NCBI GenBank assembly: GCA_013239625.1
Contig: MU053873.1
Location: forward strand, 1,750,524 to 1,814,523
Length of the DNA stretch: 64,000 nt
Direction: 5' to 3'
DNA from: Lama guanicoe
Lineage: Eukaryota
Part shown: in pieces, positions 1 through 13,060 of the stretch
Layout of the letters: the number at the start of each line of letters is the position of its first letter
How positions within the stretch are numbered: the stretch's first letter is position 1
The notes under the pieces: model-generated
Seen by the model: only the letters and a program-made list of their open reading frames with translations
Databases searched by the model: none
Told to the model about the DNA's origin: nothing
Program-made: the position numbers and the translations under genes

Positions 1-505
1 CGGTCACTACAGCAAATCCCCAGTACAGTGCCTGTCCTGCCCTTCCACCCCCGACAAGGGAACTTCGTTAGTTTCAGTTCAGGCTGGAAAAAATACCACA
101 CGATAATTTGGTTTGTTTTTAGTGAGTTAAGAGAATGTGAAAACTGTATAATTTTCATCATGTATTTCTTCATTTTACCTAAAATAATTGTACATGTGAT
201 TTGTGAACTGGGCCCTTGTTTGTGCCAGATCCTTCAAAGATGGTCCATGTAAGGACACACATGGTCCCTGCCTCAGACGCCTTCCCTACTCGGCACTCAT
301 GCCCCTTGTATGCAGTGTTAGCCATCTTTGGCCTATGTGGACTTTTTTTTTTTGTAAATTACACTTTCCAGATGGCATTAAACTTTTTATATTATGAAAT
401 TTACCATGTAAAAAGAACTTCATATTTTTATTGAGATTGCTAAGGCACTTGGCCTTCCTTTGTGATTTCAGTGTCTATTAAAGCATGAGCTCCCTTGGTT
501 TTAAG
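1..505 (+). other. Probable distal 3'UTR / polyadenylation region of the upstream gene (TTC28 by human synteny)
   Basis: Non-repetitive AT-rich sequence with several TGTA motifs, ATTAAA at 377-382 and 477-482, and a downstream GT/T-rich tract. The gene identity is inferred only from the TTC28-PITPNB order in human. Confidence 0.45.
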
Positions 506-804
506 TGCTGTATCTGAGTCAGTTTCTATGCACGTCCCACACTGCCTAGGTTTCTTTGCAGTACACAAAGCGGTCACGTGTCATTAATGAGCACATGCTC
601 CTGTCTGGAGTTTAGTCCTTAAAATACACTGTAGCCTCACCTTTGCCAGGAGTAGATCCACAGAAAGCACACAGCAGAGCTGCCCCGCACACAGGCTTCT
701 CCAGCCCTGAGTACAGGCACCTGTCGGTGGTGGTGATTTCGGGAGCTGAATGCTTCTGATCTTCTGTGTTGGAGGACAGAAATTCTACAGTGTGTAAGTG
801 TGTA

Positions 805-1036
805 GACAAACAACATAGGTTTGAACTACGCAGGTCCGCGTGCACACAGCTGTTTCCAGTAGTAAATCCTACGGTGCTATACAATCCACGGTGGGCTGAA
901 TCTGCAGATGTAGAACCACAGATATGGAGGAACCGTAAGGAATTGTGTATATGGAGGGCAGATAGTAAGTTATATGCAGGTTCAATTGTGCAAAGTTTCG
1001 GCACCCTAACCCCCACCTTGTTCAAGGGTCAACTAT
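805..1036. mobile_element. Tigger2/MER8-like TcMar MITE
   Basis: Ends in ttgttcaagggtcaact (Tigger2-type TIR). The degenerate opposite end is aacaacataggtttgaact. Confidence 0.75.
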
Positions 1037-1039
1037 ACT

Positions 1040-3455
1040 TCAGAAAGGAAAGCAGTCCTACATATGAAAGTCTGAGATGCATGAAGAAATAATGAACGAA
1101 GAACTAGGTAAATGTGAAAAAAAAAACAAAACAAATACTGATTGTATAAAAAGAGTAATGTCTCACTTGGGTAGCAATAAAAAATTAAAATATTGGACAA
1201 TAATATGTAAAATAAAAGTTAAAGTGTTACTTGTTTTTGGGAAGAGAGAGTAGACTTTTAGAGTAAGTTAAATATGCATAATCACACACACACAAAATTG
1301 GAAGAGGATTATACCAAACTAGTTAATGGAAGAGAAATAAATTTTTAAAAACTTACTTGATCTAAAATAGGAAAAGGAGGGAACAACAAAAAACAATTTA
1401 AAAGGAGAACAAAAATAAGATGAAATAAAATAATCAGTAATCATTATAAATGTAAGTGAACTAAACTTAATTGAAAAGGAGACTGACAGACGATAGCAAC
1501 ATGCCACATGCTCTTTGAAAACTATACGCTGTTTGAAAAGAAAAAACTCAACTGCAAAAGCGTAAGGGCCCCGAATGACTGACAGTAAAAGGATTAGCGA
1601 AATAGACAGTAAAAGGCACTAATAAAAGCAAAGAAGATCCATTTTCTAATGTTAAAAAACTTAGCAGAAAGGCAAAATTCTAAATGTGTATGCAGCTAAC
1701 AATATAGTTTCAAAATTCATAAAGTAAAAACTGGTAGAACTGCAAATTTGGAGAACTACACTGTCATCACTGGAGGTTTTATCCTTTACCCTCAATAACT
1801 GATAGATGAAGCAGACAGAAATCTAGAAAGCATGTGGTAGGTTAACACAATTCAGCCAACAGGCTTGTGAAATGCAAAGAAGCGGGTCTTTGAGAGTGAA
1901 TGTATGTCTTTACAAGCACACAGAGAATATTTTATGAAAACAGACCATGTACAGGCCACGTGGCAAGTCTAGCAAATACTGAGGAATCAATATCATTGCC
2001 ACCAACCTAATAAGAACACGGTGCATTTCAGTTAGGTACCAACAAGAAGACAATACTGGAAAAGCTGCCAATAACTTAAATATTTTAAAATGCACTAAAC
2101 AGCATATGAACCATGGAGGAACTTGTAATGGACGTGAAAAAATATTATGTATCTAAACTGATAGACGCCTTCGGTGCCACCTTGGGAGTTTCTGGGATTT
2201 ACTTTTATTAATGACACAGGTGTTTCTTATTTGTTCTATTCAAGACCAGAAGTCTGTACAATAGACTACAGTCTCATTTTTAGCCAGTAAAATATATGCT
2301 TATTTTTATTTCTGCTTATATGTTACTTCAGGAAATACATAAATTATAATAGCTTAAGAATAAAATTAATTTTAAAATCCATAAAAATCAGTGGGGTGTA
2401 GCTAATGTGGCATATTAAAGAAAAAATTATAGCCCTAAATGTTTATATTCAAGGTTAATTCCAAATATGTAACTGTATAAGCTATAAGAAATGAGGTAGA
2501 ATGCTGCCCTGAACTAGTGGTACTGGCGTGTTAGGAAAGAATGACACCACTGAGCTAGATGACTTGATCCAAAAAGTTAGCAAAAGAATAACAAATGCAG
2601 AGAGAAAAGGGAGGGAGTGAGAACAGTCAGAAATTAACAAAAATAGACAACACAGCAGATCAAGAAGGGTAAAGCTGGCCAAAAAGACAAAATACACTAA
2701 TTAATGGGAAGGCTAATTGTGTGTGTGTGTGAGTGACAGAGAGAGAGACAGAAAAACAGAAAAGGAAGGAAAAGTGGGTACAGCTAAAGATGCAGCAAAA
2801 ATTACTAAGAAAATACTATGAACACTTTTAGGCTGATGTATGTCAAAATGCAAAATAACAACTAATATGTTTTCAGCATACATACGTAGTTGAGGTATCT
2901 GGAAATGCAGGGGATGGTGGACCTCTGATGCAGGACAGTGGTGCCACCGTTGGGGAGGGAAGCAATGGAATTAGAATCAGGAGCGGTAAGCAAGTGACTT
3001 CAACTGCAGAGCACTACAGCATACAGCTACACACACGAACTATCTCACATGGAATTTAAGAAAAGAGTGAAAAGTGTTATTAGCAAACTATATGACAGTA
3101 ATTTAGATTATATGAACTTTTAGGAAAAAATATTAAAAGTTTCGGTGCAAGAAGGAAAAGAAAACTTAAAGAAACCAGAGCCCATAAAATTAAAACAGTA
3201 ATCGTAACTCATTCCCCTTTATCCAACTCTCCAAAAAATACAGGCCCAGATGGTTTTACGTATATTTCACCAAACTTTCAGGGACCAGTGAGATACTCTA
3301 TATTTTCAAATTGTTTCAGAAAATGTAAAAATTTAAAAAGATGCTAAAAATCATCCCGTGATGGTATTCTTAATTTGAAGATCAATAGACAGTATAAGGA
3401 TAAGCCCATTTTATTTATGAATCTAGACGTAAAAACCCTAAATAAAACATTTGGC
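1040..3455 (+). mobile_element. Ancient, fragmented L1 (ORF1 end / ORF2 endonuclease-RT region)
   Basis: A-rich, with L1-like motifs (ctaaatgtgtatgca..aac, caggcccagatggtttta, caaattgtttcagaaaa). Confidence 0.7.
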
Positions 3456-6127
3456 CATTAAACGCCTGTGTTTTAAGACTCGGAAAACAGAGGCTGAAAG
3501 TAGACCTATGTGTTAGTCACTGGAGCTTAACTCTTTGCTGATGAACACGCACATGGTATTTATTCCTAAGGGCCAGACCTCTGGTCCTAAGTGGCATCTA
3601 TAAACACATTCACTTTGGAAAATCAGTAAGCGTTAAACTACGGAGGAAGTTACCTCCCGGAGAACTGGAGTGCGGAAGCCTACGGTTTACGGTGTAATTA
3701 GACAAGTATGTCTATTACACTCCTGTTATAAGAACAATGAAATATGTATATCAATATAAGGGAAATTCCAAGCAGTTCTACCATTTCTTAAGAAACAATT
3801 TAAGAACTATACCCTGCTATTACTGTTAAAGTAGAAATTGACTTCAGTATAATAACCTACAGGGTAGATCTAAGGACGCAAGGTTAGCACAATGCTGTGC
3901 GAGGACTAACGAGCACAACCGTGTGGGCCCTATCACCTTAGGAAATAAAATTCGTGCTCTCTTCTAATGCTCAAGGATCTGCACATCCAACTGTGGAATA
4001 CGTGCTTTGTTAGGTGCTTCCCTGGAAGGAGAGACTGGCCTTAATGGATGTGTTGGGGACCTTGACTGATAGCTGATACACAAGAGACGGTACCACCAGG
4101 ACTGCTCTTAGCTCCTCTGGTACTTTATTTATAGTACTTTGTTTTGTTGTTTTTAACCTCAGGAATTCTGGACAGGGACCGCAGCTTGGTACCTTTCTCA
4201 ATTTAAAGACTTTTTTCAACTTTCCCAATGAGTATGCATGCTTACAGCCTCTAATAATACTAAATAGTGGCAAACAGCAGGGAACTGACAGACTAATGCT
4301 GCATCCACTCCAGCAAATGAGGCCTAAACATCTGGATCCAAATACAATAAAGGACATGTTGGCATTAAGGAAACATTTTGCCTCCCAAATGAATTCGCAT
4401 TCCATCTCAAGATATTTATTAAATTTGTAGCAACTGTGCATTTGGGCTTCAGGGGATGATAATGTTCTTAAATATATAAATATTCTCTATATATTTTATT
4501 AAATTAAAAGTTGCTTTTTGAAGTGTAGCCATTTTCTTTTTGAACCAAAAATGCAAATGCAAAATGAAACTGGTATGTAATCAGGAAAAAAGAGGCAGTT
4601 CTTATCATTTCAAAAGTCATTCATTCTACAAATATCTGTTGAGGGTTTGTTGTGATAAATAGAATGTAGCCAATAAAAAATAAACAAGCAGAAAGTTAAA
4701 ATAGATGTTTTAAAAGTCCATTAAATACAGTTTGTGTTTTAATTAGATGCCGTTCTCTCCTGTATTACAAACAATCCAAACAGCCTGATGAATGAAAATG
4801 CCCATCACTCTGCCTCCCCACACACTGTCCCTGCTGAGAACTGCCTCAGCTCAGCTTGAGGGATGAATCGGCTCGAGGCAGAGGTGCTCTATGTGGAAGG
4901 ACTCCACTCTCCCGGCTGCAGCTGACACAGCGCCACCAATCCTGTGGGAGGTCAGAGCCTTAGGAAAAGCCCCTATAATCAGATTCTTTCTCATGAATTC
5001 AATCCAGGTCTAGATCACGTCTCTGCAGCTGACGCCAAAGCCAAAAGGTAATGATGTAAACTGAGGTCAGTGGGGCCAGCATGGCCACGTGCAGAGTTGA
5101 GATGTGTGAAAACTGAGTGAGCAGAGGAAGCCAGCAGTGGAGAAAGGAGAAAAGAACAAATGCAGAGGTACCTTGAGAGAGAAAGTCCCTGAAGTAGCCA
5201 AGTTCCAGGCTACTCTCAACATTCAGTTACTTCCCACTTGGGTTAATTTAAATGGGAATTTTTTCCCCTTTCGATTTAATGGCCTTAATTGTGGATGTTT
5301 GAACATACAGTATATAAAAGCAAGTCAGAAGTGGAGCCGGAAGAAAGGCCATGGGGCCAGGCAAACTAAAGACAGAAATGGCAGCAAAGGAATGAGACGG
5401 TGGAATGGAGAACACAGTGAGGGGCCTCTATGACCCTGGACACTTGGATGTAAGTAAATACTAGAACCAATCAGAAGAGAGGCTCATGTCCTTTCTAGTG
5501 GCTTATGTTCAGCCTACCCTCCAGGCACTGCGGGGGAGCAGCCTGGGCCCCTCCCCACAGCCCACATCTCCACTTCCCAGACCCCTGAAGGACAGCATGC
5601 CCATAATTTCCCCCCTCTCTCCTGCACTGTCAGATTCTTCCTCTCTGCTAATGAATCATTCCCCTCTGCACGTTCAGGTGCCGTGATGGCTCCGACGTAG
5701 CCCCATGTCCCCATTCCGTGGATATGCCATTTCTCTGCTGCTGTTTCCAGAACTAAACGACAGCTCTGTACTCAGTGTCACCACCTCCACTCTCCCTCTT
5801 CTCTCCTGAACCACTCCCTCAAATCAGATTGTGCCCCCAACACAAACTCCAGAGCTACATCCAGCTTCTGAAACCTGGTGGTCAATTCTTAGTTCTCTGT
5901 AATCCAGGGCTAAGGACACAGCATCACTTCTGAGGTGGTCTTGAAATAAAAGTATAACCTGCACTTAATTAATAAGCTTTCAAATATATAACTTTCAATT
6001 TACTGTAAATACAGAGATTATTAGAATGAGTTACACAGCACCAGGAGAAAGCAATGAGGTAAATCCAGAAGGCAGTCCCCCCATCCCTCCACACAGTGCT
6101 TTTCGTACAGCTTTCTGCAGGGATGGT

Positions 6128-6232
6128 CTGTGCTGTCCAGTACATCAGCCACTAGGCACATGTGGCCACTGGGCAGCCAAAATACGGTTAGTGTGACTGA
6201 GGATACAAAATTTTATTCTGATTTATTTGTAT
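6128..6232. mobile_element. MER3/MER33-like hAT-Charlie fragment
   Basis: gctgtccagtac..agccactaggcacatgtggccactg..gtgtgactgagga motif. Confidence 0.6.
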
Positions 6233-6329
6233 GTATAGTAGACTGGTCTATTCTCTTAAGCCAACATTAAAAGGAAAAATAAGAGGCCAGACACTCTTCA
6301 AGAATAAAGAATTTTAAGTAAATGACATC

Positions 6330-9150
6330 ACAACCAAATGTAAATACAATTGCATTTCTATATACTAGAAAAAACACTGGAAAACAGAATTAAGACCAAT
6401 TCTGTTTACCATTACATCAATAAATATAAAATAATTGATTAAAACTGATTTCTACAGTTAAAATGGGTACAGTTCATAATATGTAGATTATACTTCAATT
6501 AAGTTAATGGAAAAAATCCTCAGGGATAAATTTAACAAAAGGCAAGTAAGATCTCTACATTGAAAATGACAAAATACTGAGAAAAATTAAAGAAGACATA
6601 AATTGAGAGAGACACTATGTTCACGGATAGAATACTCAGTATTGTTAAGATGTTAATTCTCCTCAAACTTACCTATAGAGTCAACATAACTGTAACGAAA
6701 AAGTCTTAGCAGACTTTTTATTAGTAACTGACAAGTTAAAGTTAAAATTTATCTGGAAATACAAAGAATCTAGAAGAGTCAAAATAAATTTGAAAAATGA
6801 AGTTGCCTTCAAAATTTACTTTAAAGCGACAGTAAATAAGACTATGTGGTTTTGGCAAATAAACATGCAGATTGGTGGGCAGAGCAGAGTCCAGAAATAC
6901 ATGCAGAGAAAAGAGCCCAGACATACAGGGTCAACCAATTTTCAATAAAGGGTACCAAGGTAATTCAACAGGGGAAAGGACGGTATTCTCACTATGTCGT
7001 ACTAACGCAACCACGTATCATTTAGAAAAATCAAACCTCAATGATTACCTCAAATCATCCTACAAAACTCAAGATGGATCATAAACCCAGACATAAAAGC
7101 TAAAATTAGAAAGCTTCATTCATAAGAAAACATCTCTTTGACCCTCAGTCAGGCAAAGACTTCTTAAGACACAAAAAGCACTAACCATAAAAGAAAAAGT
7201 TACTGATCAAAATTAAAACCTTCTGCTCTTTAAAAGATATCACAGCCTACAAGAAATTATTCATGATATTTTTTCATAAATTTACCTGAAAGAAGTGAAT
7301 TTATGTTTCTGGAATGAATATCTGTATTTATATCACCTGCAACTCAACGATAAAATAAAGGCGAAAGACTGAACAGAAATTTCACAATGGAAGATACACA
7401 AATGATCAACAAGCACAAGAAAATGTGCTCAGAATCATTAGTCACCTGGGAATGCAAATGAAAATCACAGTGAAAAAACACTTCCCACCTTTGGAATGAC
7501 TAAATTAGAGGCAGGCCACACCAAGTGCTGGTGAGTATACAGAACCACTAGGACTCTCACACCTTGTTGGGAGGAGTGTGAAATGATACAACCAACTTGG
7601 AAAACTGGCAGTTTCTCCGAAAACTTAATACACATCCACCCAATCCTATGTCTAAGTATTTGCCCATGAGAAACAAAAACAAATGCCCATAAAGAGACTC
7701 ATACAAGAAAGTCCCAGTTGTTTTATTCATAGAAGCCCCCAAATGGGAAAAGCTCAAATGGCTATCAGCAGGCGGACGGATAAAGGAATTATGGTACAGT
7801 CATACAATGGAATACCACACTACAATGCAAAGTAGTAAAGGAGGCAGCAGTAATAGAAACACTCTGAGCAAAAGAAGTCAAACACGGGGGGGAGGATGTA
7901 GCTCAAGTGGCAGAGCACATGCTTAGCACACACAAGGTCCTGGGTTCAATTCCCAGCATCTTCTCTAAAAATAAGTAAATAAGTAAACCTAACTGCCTCC
8001 CCCCTCCAAAAAAATAAATAAAATAAAATAAATTAAAAAAAGGAGTCAAACATAAAAGAGTTCATACTTCATGATCCCCTTTATGTAAAATCCTAGAATA
8101 GTCTTGGTCAAGAGCGATTGCCTCTGGGAGGAAAAGGGGATTAACCAGAAGGGACATGAGGGAACCTAACTAGGGTGATGGAACTGGTTCTGTATCTTGA
8201 CTGCAGTGTTGATTACATGAATAAATACATTTGTCAAAACTTATCAAATGGCACTCTTAAAATTTAAACATTTTACTGTGTGTAAATTTTATACAAAGCC
8301 TCAGAAGTTTTTTGGGGGGGGGTGTAGAAATTAACAAGTTGATTCTAAATTTTATCCGGAAATGCAAAGGGACCAAGAACATCCAAGGCAGTCTAGAAAA
8401 AGAACAAAGCTTGAGAAGTTCCATTGCCGGAAATTAAACTCAGTTATAAAGCTATAATAATTAAGACAGAGTGGGACTGGTGCACGGATAGACAAACAGA
8501 TGAACGAAACACAAGAGAAAGTCTAGAAATAGACCTACACACTTGATTTATGACAAAGACGACACTGTAGTGCAGTGGAGAGAGAACAGACTTTTCAATA
8601 AATGGAGCTGGTTTCTGTTAGATATAATATTTTTCAAAAATGATCTTGACCTCTACCTACCATGAACAAAAATCAAGTTTTGGGAGATTTTATGTAAAAG
8701 GCAGAAAATCTAGGGAAAATATTTAGAAGAAAACACAAGAGATTATCTCAACAACCTTAAGGTAGGCAAATGTTTCTTAAACAAGATATAAAAAGTAGTT
8801 AACTGTTAAAAAGCAGTTTGATAAATGGGACTATCAACTACAGAATGAATACATTAATGGTGGTATATCATACAACTGAATACTCCATGGCAACCACATG
8901 TAACAACATGAATATTTCAAATAGAATGCTGAGCTAAGGAAGCCAGACAGTATACCATATGTTTCCACTTATATAAAGTTCAATAACTAGCAAAACAATT
9001 TTATGGTGTTAAGAGTTCAGATATTGTTCACTCTGTGGTGGAAGACTGGTACTGGCTTACCTGGATAGTTTCATTTGGTAAAAATACTTCACATTGTACA
9101 ATTACGACTTGTGTACTTTTCTGTGTGTCATACATCAATATGGATACAGT
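6330..9150 (+). mobile_element. Old L1M ORF2 3' part / 3'UTR fragments (several nested pieces)
   Basis: attgcatttctatatactag, ctcagtattgttaagatg and aatgcaaatgaaaatcacagtga are L1 ORF2 C-terminal motifs. Confidence 0.8.
7886..8040 (+). mobile_element. Camelid-type tRNA-derived SINE with target-site duplication
   Basis: A box (tagctcaagtgg), B box (gggttcaattccc), A-rich tail. TSD aaaagaagtcaaacac (7870-7885) / aaaaggagtcaaacat (8038-8053). Confidence 0.9.
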
Positions 9151-12100
9151 TAAAAAAAAATCATCAACCTAATTTTTCTCCCCTGTCTTCTTCCTTCTCA
9201 CATCTTCTACGTCTCTGAAAATGGCAACTACATCCAGTTGTTCAGGACAAAACCAGTGCAGCCACACTCAGCCTCCTCCTCTCTCTCATGTGCTACATGG
9301 TCCAGTGCAAACCTGTTGGCTCTCTCGTCTCTGTCGCCCGCTGACTGGCTCCCACCCCTCTTCCCTTCAGCCTGCTCTCCCTATGGCAGCCACAGCAACC
9401 ATTTTAAAACATACATCAGCTCACCTTATGTTTGCTCCTAAGCCTTCAAATTGGAATTATGTGCCATTTTATAATAAAGGTGCTCAATGGATGCTTTGAG
9501 AGGATCACAGCACTACTTCTGTGATATTCCTGCCAAAGATGCATAAACTGAATCTAATCAGGAGGAAACATCAGACAAATTCAAACTGAAAGATTTTCCA
9601 CAACACGACTGGCTTGTGAACTGTATAAACATTTGGAAAGTAATTTGTTATCTATGAAAGATATTTATACTCTATGACTTAGCAATTTAACTCTGAAATA
9701 CATATTCTAGAGAAACTCATACATGTGTCCGAGAAGACACCTACTGGAATGTCCATCACTTATTATTACAGCAAAATGTTAAAATCAACTTAAATACTCA
9801 GTAAGAAGAGAATTTATGAAATGTACTGCAATGAAAAAGAATGAACTAGAGCTATACAAACATGGATAAATCTCATCAACATAGTGAATAAAAGTAATCT
9901 ATTACAGATATGCATGGGAATTATAACAACAGATTTACAGGGCAGGTATGGAGGAGACAATATACTCTGGGAGGAACACATCAGCAGTTTCAATTGTATT
10001 TATAATGTTTTATTTCCTAGGATAGATGGTAGATACATGGGTTTTCACTGTTATTCTATTTGCCTTTAAGTGTGAAACTTTTATATCAAAAAAGTTGCCA
10101 ATCTAAGTTGAAAATTTTTCATCCAAAGTGGTTAAAATAAAAACATTGCCGAAATAGTTTTATTTTAGCCCACCACTGGTTTTCTGAAAAATGTACTCAT
10201 AAGGAAGTTCTGTGCAGGTAATTGCAAATGACAATTTCCAAACTTTTAGCTGATTCTGACAGTGTAGCAAGGCCATCAACTTCACGTGGAATGTGACCTA
10301 GCTGATAATTAGTCTAGATCTGAGTAACTGATAAAGCTCTAATACATTCTGAAAGGCTGGGTGGGATGGCTTTTATCAACCAGCACTGACTTGTCATAAT
10401 TATATAGGCTATCTGCCACATCACTGTAGACAGCTATAGATGGCCATCAACAAAAATTAGCTTACCAACAAGAACTGTATTTTTGATCAGGAGTCACACA
10501 CACACGTTGGCTGAGTGTACAGGATGAGACAACAGAGCACTATGGAGTTTAAAGTTTTCTCTCAGAGGTTACAGGGTAGAGTTGTTTCTTTCCTAACCTT
10601 TGGGCAAAAACAACTGCTTGAGAAGTGAAAAATTCCTTTAGGCTGACTGTGTAGGCTAAAGAATGGTTACTTTGATATTATCTTTTTAAAAAAAATCAGT
10701 AAAAGTGGTTATGTGTACAGGGTTCTAAAGATGCCAAAGATGTCACAGCTAATGGAGTAGATGCCAGATTGCTTTCTGAGATCATCCCAATTCCCAGCCC
10801 ACTTTCCCCTATTCCCACACAGATCCTGACACATACAGAACTGCATATATGTGACTTTTCAAACTTTTAGAAATCACAGAAGAATTCTTAGATTTCTACA
10901 GAAGGAAATGTTTTTGATACATCTTTCTCACCACAAAAAAAAAAACTGGCATTTAGCAGATTCTTTTTGAAGAATAAGTTGCAAACAATGGCTTTTTTCT
11001 TTGAAAATCTGTAATCAAAGAATTCTTTTGAAAGAAAACCCACATGCAATGAGATTTGCATAGTGCTTTCCATAAATCATGAAAATCCTGTTTTTCTATG
11101 TATGTCAACTTGGATATTCTTGTTACAATATGCATTGAGAAATGCATATATATGTATTTTTCAACTTCCAAAATGATTTTGAGAAGCTCTAAATAAAAAC
11201 ATAGAATAAAATCCATAAAAACAAAAATAAGAGTCAAGTAATGAGGAGGGCAGAGGAGGAAAAGTAAGTGAATTACATACACTAGAGGGTTTTATTGTGG
11301 TTTGTGATCATTCACACAGCGTCCTCCCCGGGGCTCCTCTAAGTAGGGATGGTACGGAACAGCAAGCACAGCACAGCACTCTTTGAGTCTACACTAGCGC
11401 CAAGTGGCATCCAATCTCTGTGCTCAGAGACCTGGCCTGTGGCCCACACCCTGCTCCTTCTTGGGACTTCCACCAGCTGCCCAGGCATCAGGGCATGATC
11501 AGGGGCCCCCTCCACACAAAGGGCTAGAGCTGTTAATGTTGCTGCTACCTGTTATCATCAGGATCTTTTTTTTAATGACTAAGAAGGCTTTGAGATGACT
11601 TCCAGAAGATATATCTGGGGAGTCCCTGAATCCTTGAGACCACAGACTGGTTGCTAAACCACTGAGAGGGAGTCTCACCATGGCCAAAGCCTGCTGGTCC
11701 CAGCAGGGCACTAAGCACTGGACATCTGTCATGAGCTCGAGGATCAAAAGGTTACTGAACATTTCCTACTTACTACTTTCTGGATTTTCTGTTCTGGCTT
11801 TTCCCTCTCTCCCTTGCTGTGCTCTAAACTCCAGGCAGAGGATTTTATGTTTATTGTCGAATGAACTGATAAAGGGAAATGGTGGAACTGAGAGGGCTTT
11901 CTGTTACCATGACTCATAAACTTTAATGGTTTATTTCCCTGAAAGACATCCAATTACCACAGCTCCAAAATCTTGCTAATCATGTACTAAAAAGTTGTTT
12001 TAAAGGGCAAAATGCCAGTGAATAGTATCTTCACCTCTCATTTTCTGAAAATTAATCTTTAAATAATATCATGAAAGTAAACATTTTAATTCATCAGGAT

Positions 12101-12314
12101 TAGAATATGGTTAATAGATAAAGATTTCCCAACTTTTAATTTTCCAAATAAGCAAGCTTAGAATTCCCCTCTCAGAGCACTACCATCATAGAATACTTTG
12201 CCAATAGAAACATTCAGCATGACTTAAGGAAATATCCAGGATATTCTAAATTTCTTAACTTGAGAAACACTAATCGATTCACTGGCCCAGCCTCCATAGC
12301 TCATATGAAGTATC

Positions 12315-12638
12315 AAATTGGCTGCACCATTTTACATTCCAACCAAGTATATGAGGTTTCCATTTCTCCACGTTCTTCACCACCACTTGCTATTACCTGT
12401 CATTTTGAGTACAGCCAACCTAGTGGGTATGAAGTAGCTTCATGGTTTTGATTTGCATTTCCCTGATGGCTGATGATACGGAACATCTTTCCACATGCTT
12501 ATTGGCATTAGTATATCCCTTGGAGAAATGTTTGAGATCCTCTGCCCACTTTTCATTTGGGTTGTCTTTTTATTACTGAGCTGTAGGAATATTGTATATA
12601 TTCTAGATAGAAACCTGTTTTCAATTATGATTTACAAA
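12315..12638 (-). mobile_element. L1M fragment, antisense
   Basis: ggctgcaccattttacattcc...tggttttgatttgcatttccctgatg motif. Confidence 0.85.
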
Positions 12639-12640
12639 TA

Positions 12641-13060
12641 TAAGCACACCTTGGAGATATTGCAGGTTCAGTTCCAGACCCTCAAAGTAAAGCAAACATT
12701 GCAAGAGTCATGCTAATTTTTGCTTCCCTAGCACATAAAAAGTTACGTTTACAGTATATTGTAGTCTACTAAGTGTGCAATAGCATTATTTCTTTAAAAA
12801 AAGCTCATACCTTAATTTAAAATACTTAAGTGCTAAAAAATGTAACCATACAAGCTTTCAGAGGATCGTTATCTTTTTGCAACAGTAACATCAAAGATCA
12901 CTGATCGCAGATCACCATAACAAATATAATGTGGGAAAAGTTTGAAATATTGCAAGAATTATCAAAACGTGACATAGAGACATAATGTGAGTAAATGCTG
13001 TTGGAAAAAAGGTGCTAACAGACTTGATGCAGGGTTGTCACAATCTTCAGTTAAAAAAAA
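12641..13060 (-). mobile_element. Internally deleted Tigger1-type DNA transposon
   Basis: ggagatattgcaggttcagttccagacc...aagtgtgcaatagcattat joined to acatcaaagatcactgatcgcagatcaccataac...cagggttgtcacaa (both Tigger1 ends). Confidence 0.85.

Noticed and set aside
10270..10320. NYQLGHIPREV resemblance to a HIRAN-domain motif in the minus-strand translation
   Set aside because: Only a few residues of similarity, too short to assign without a profile search.
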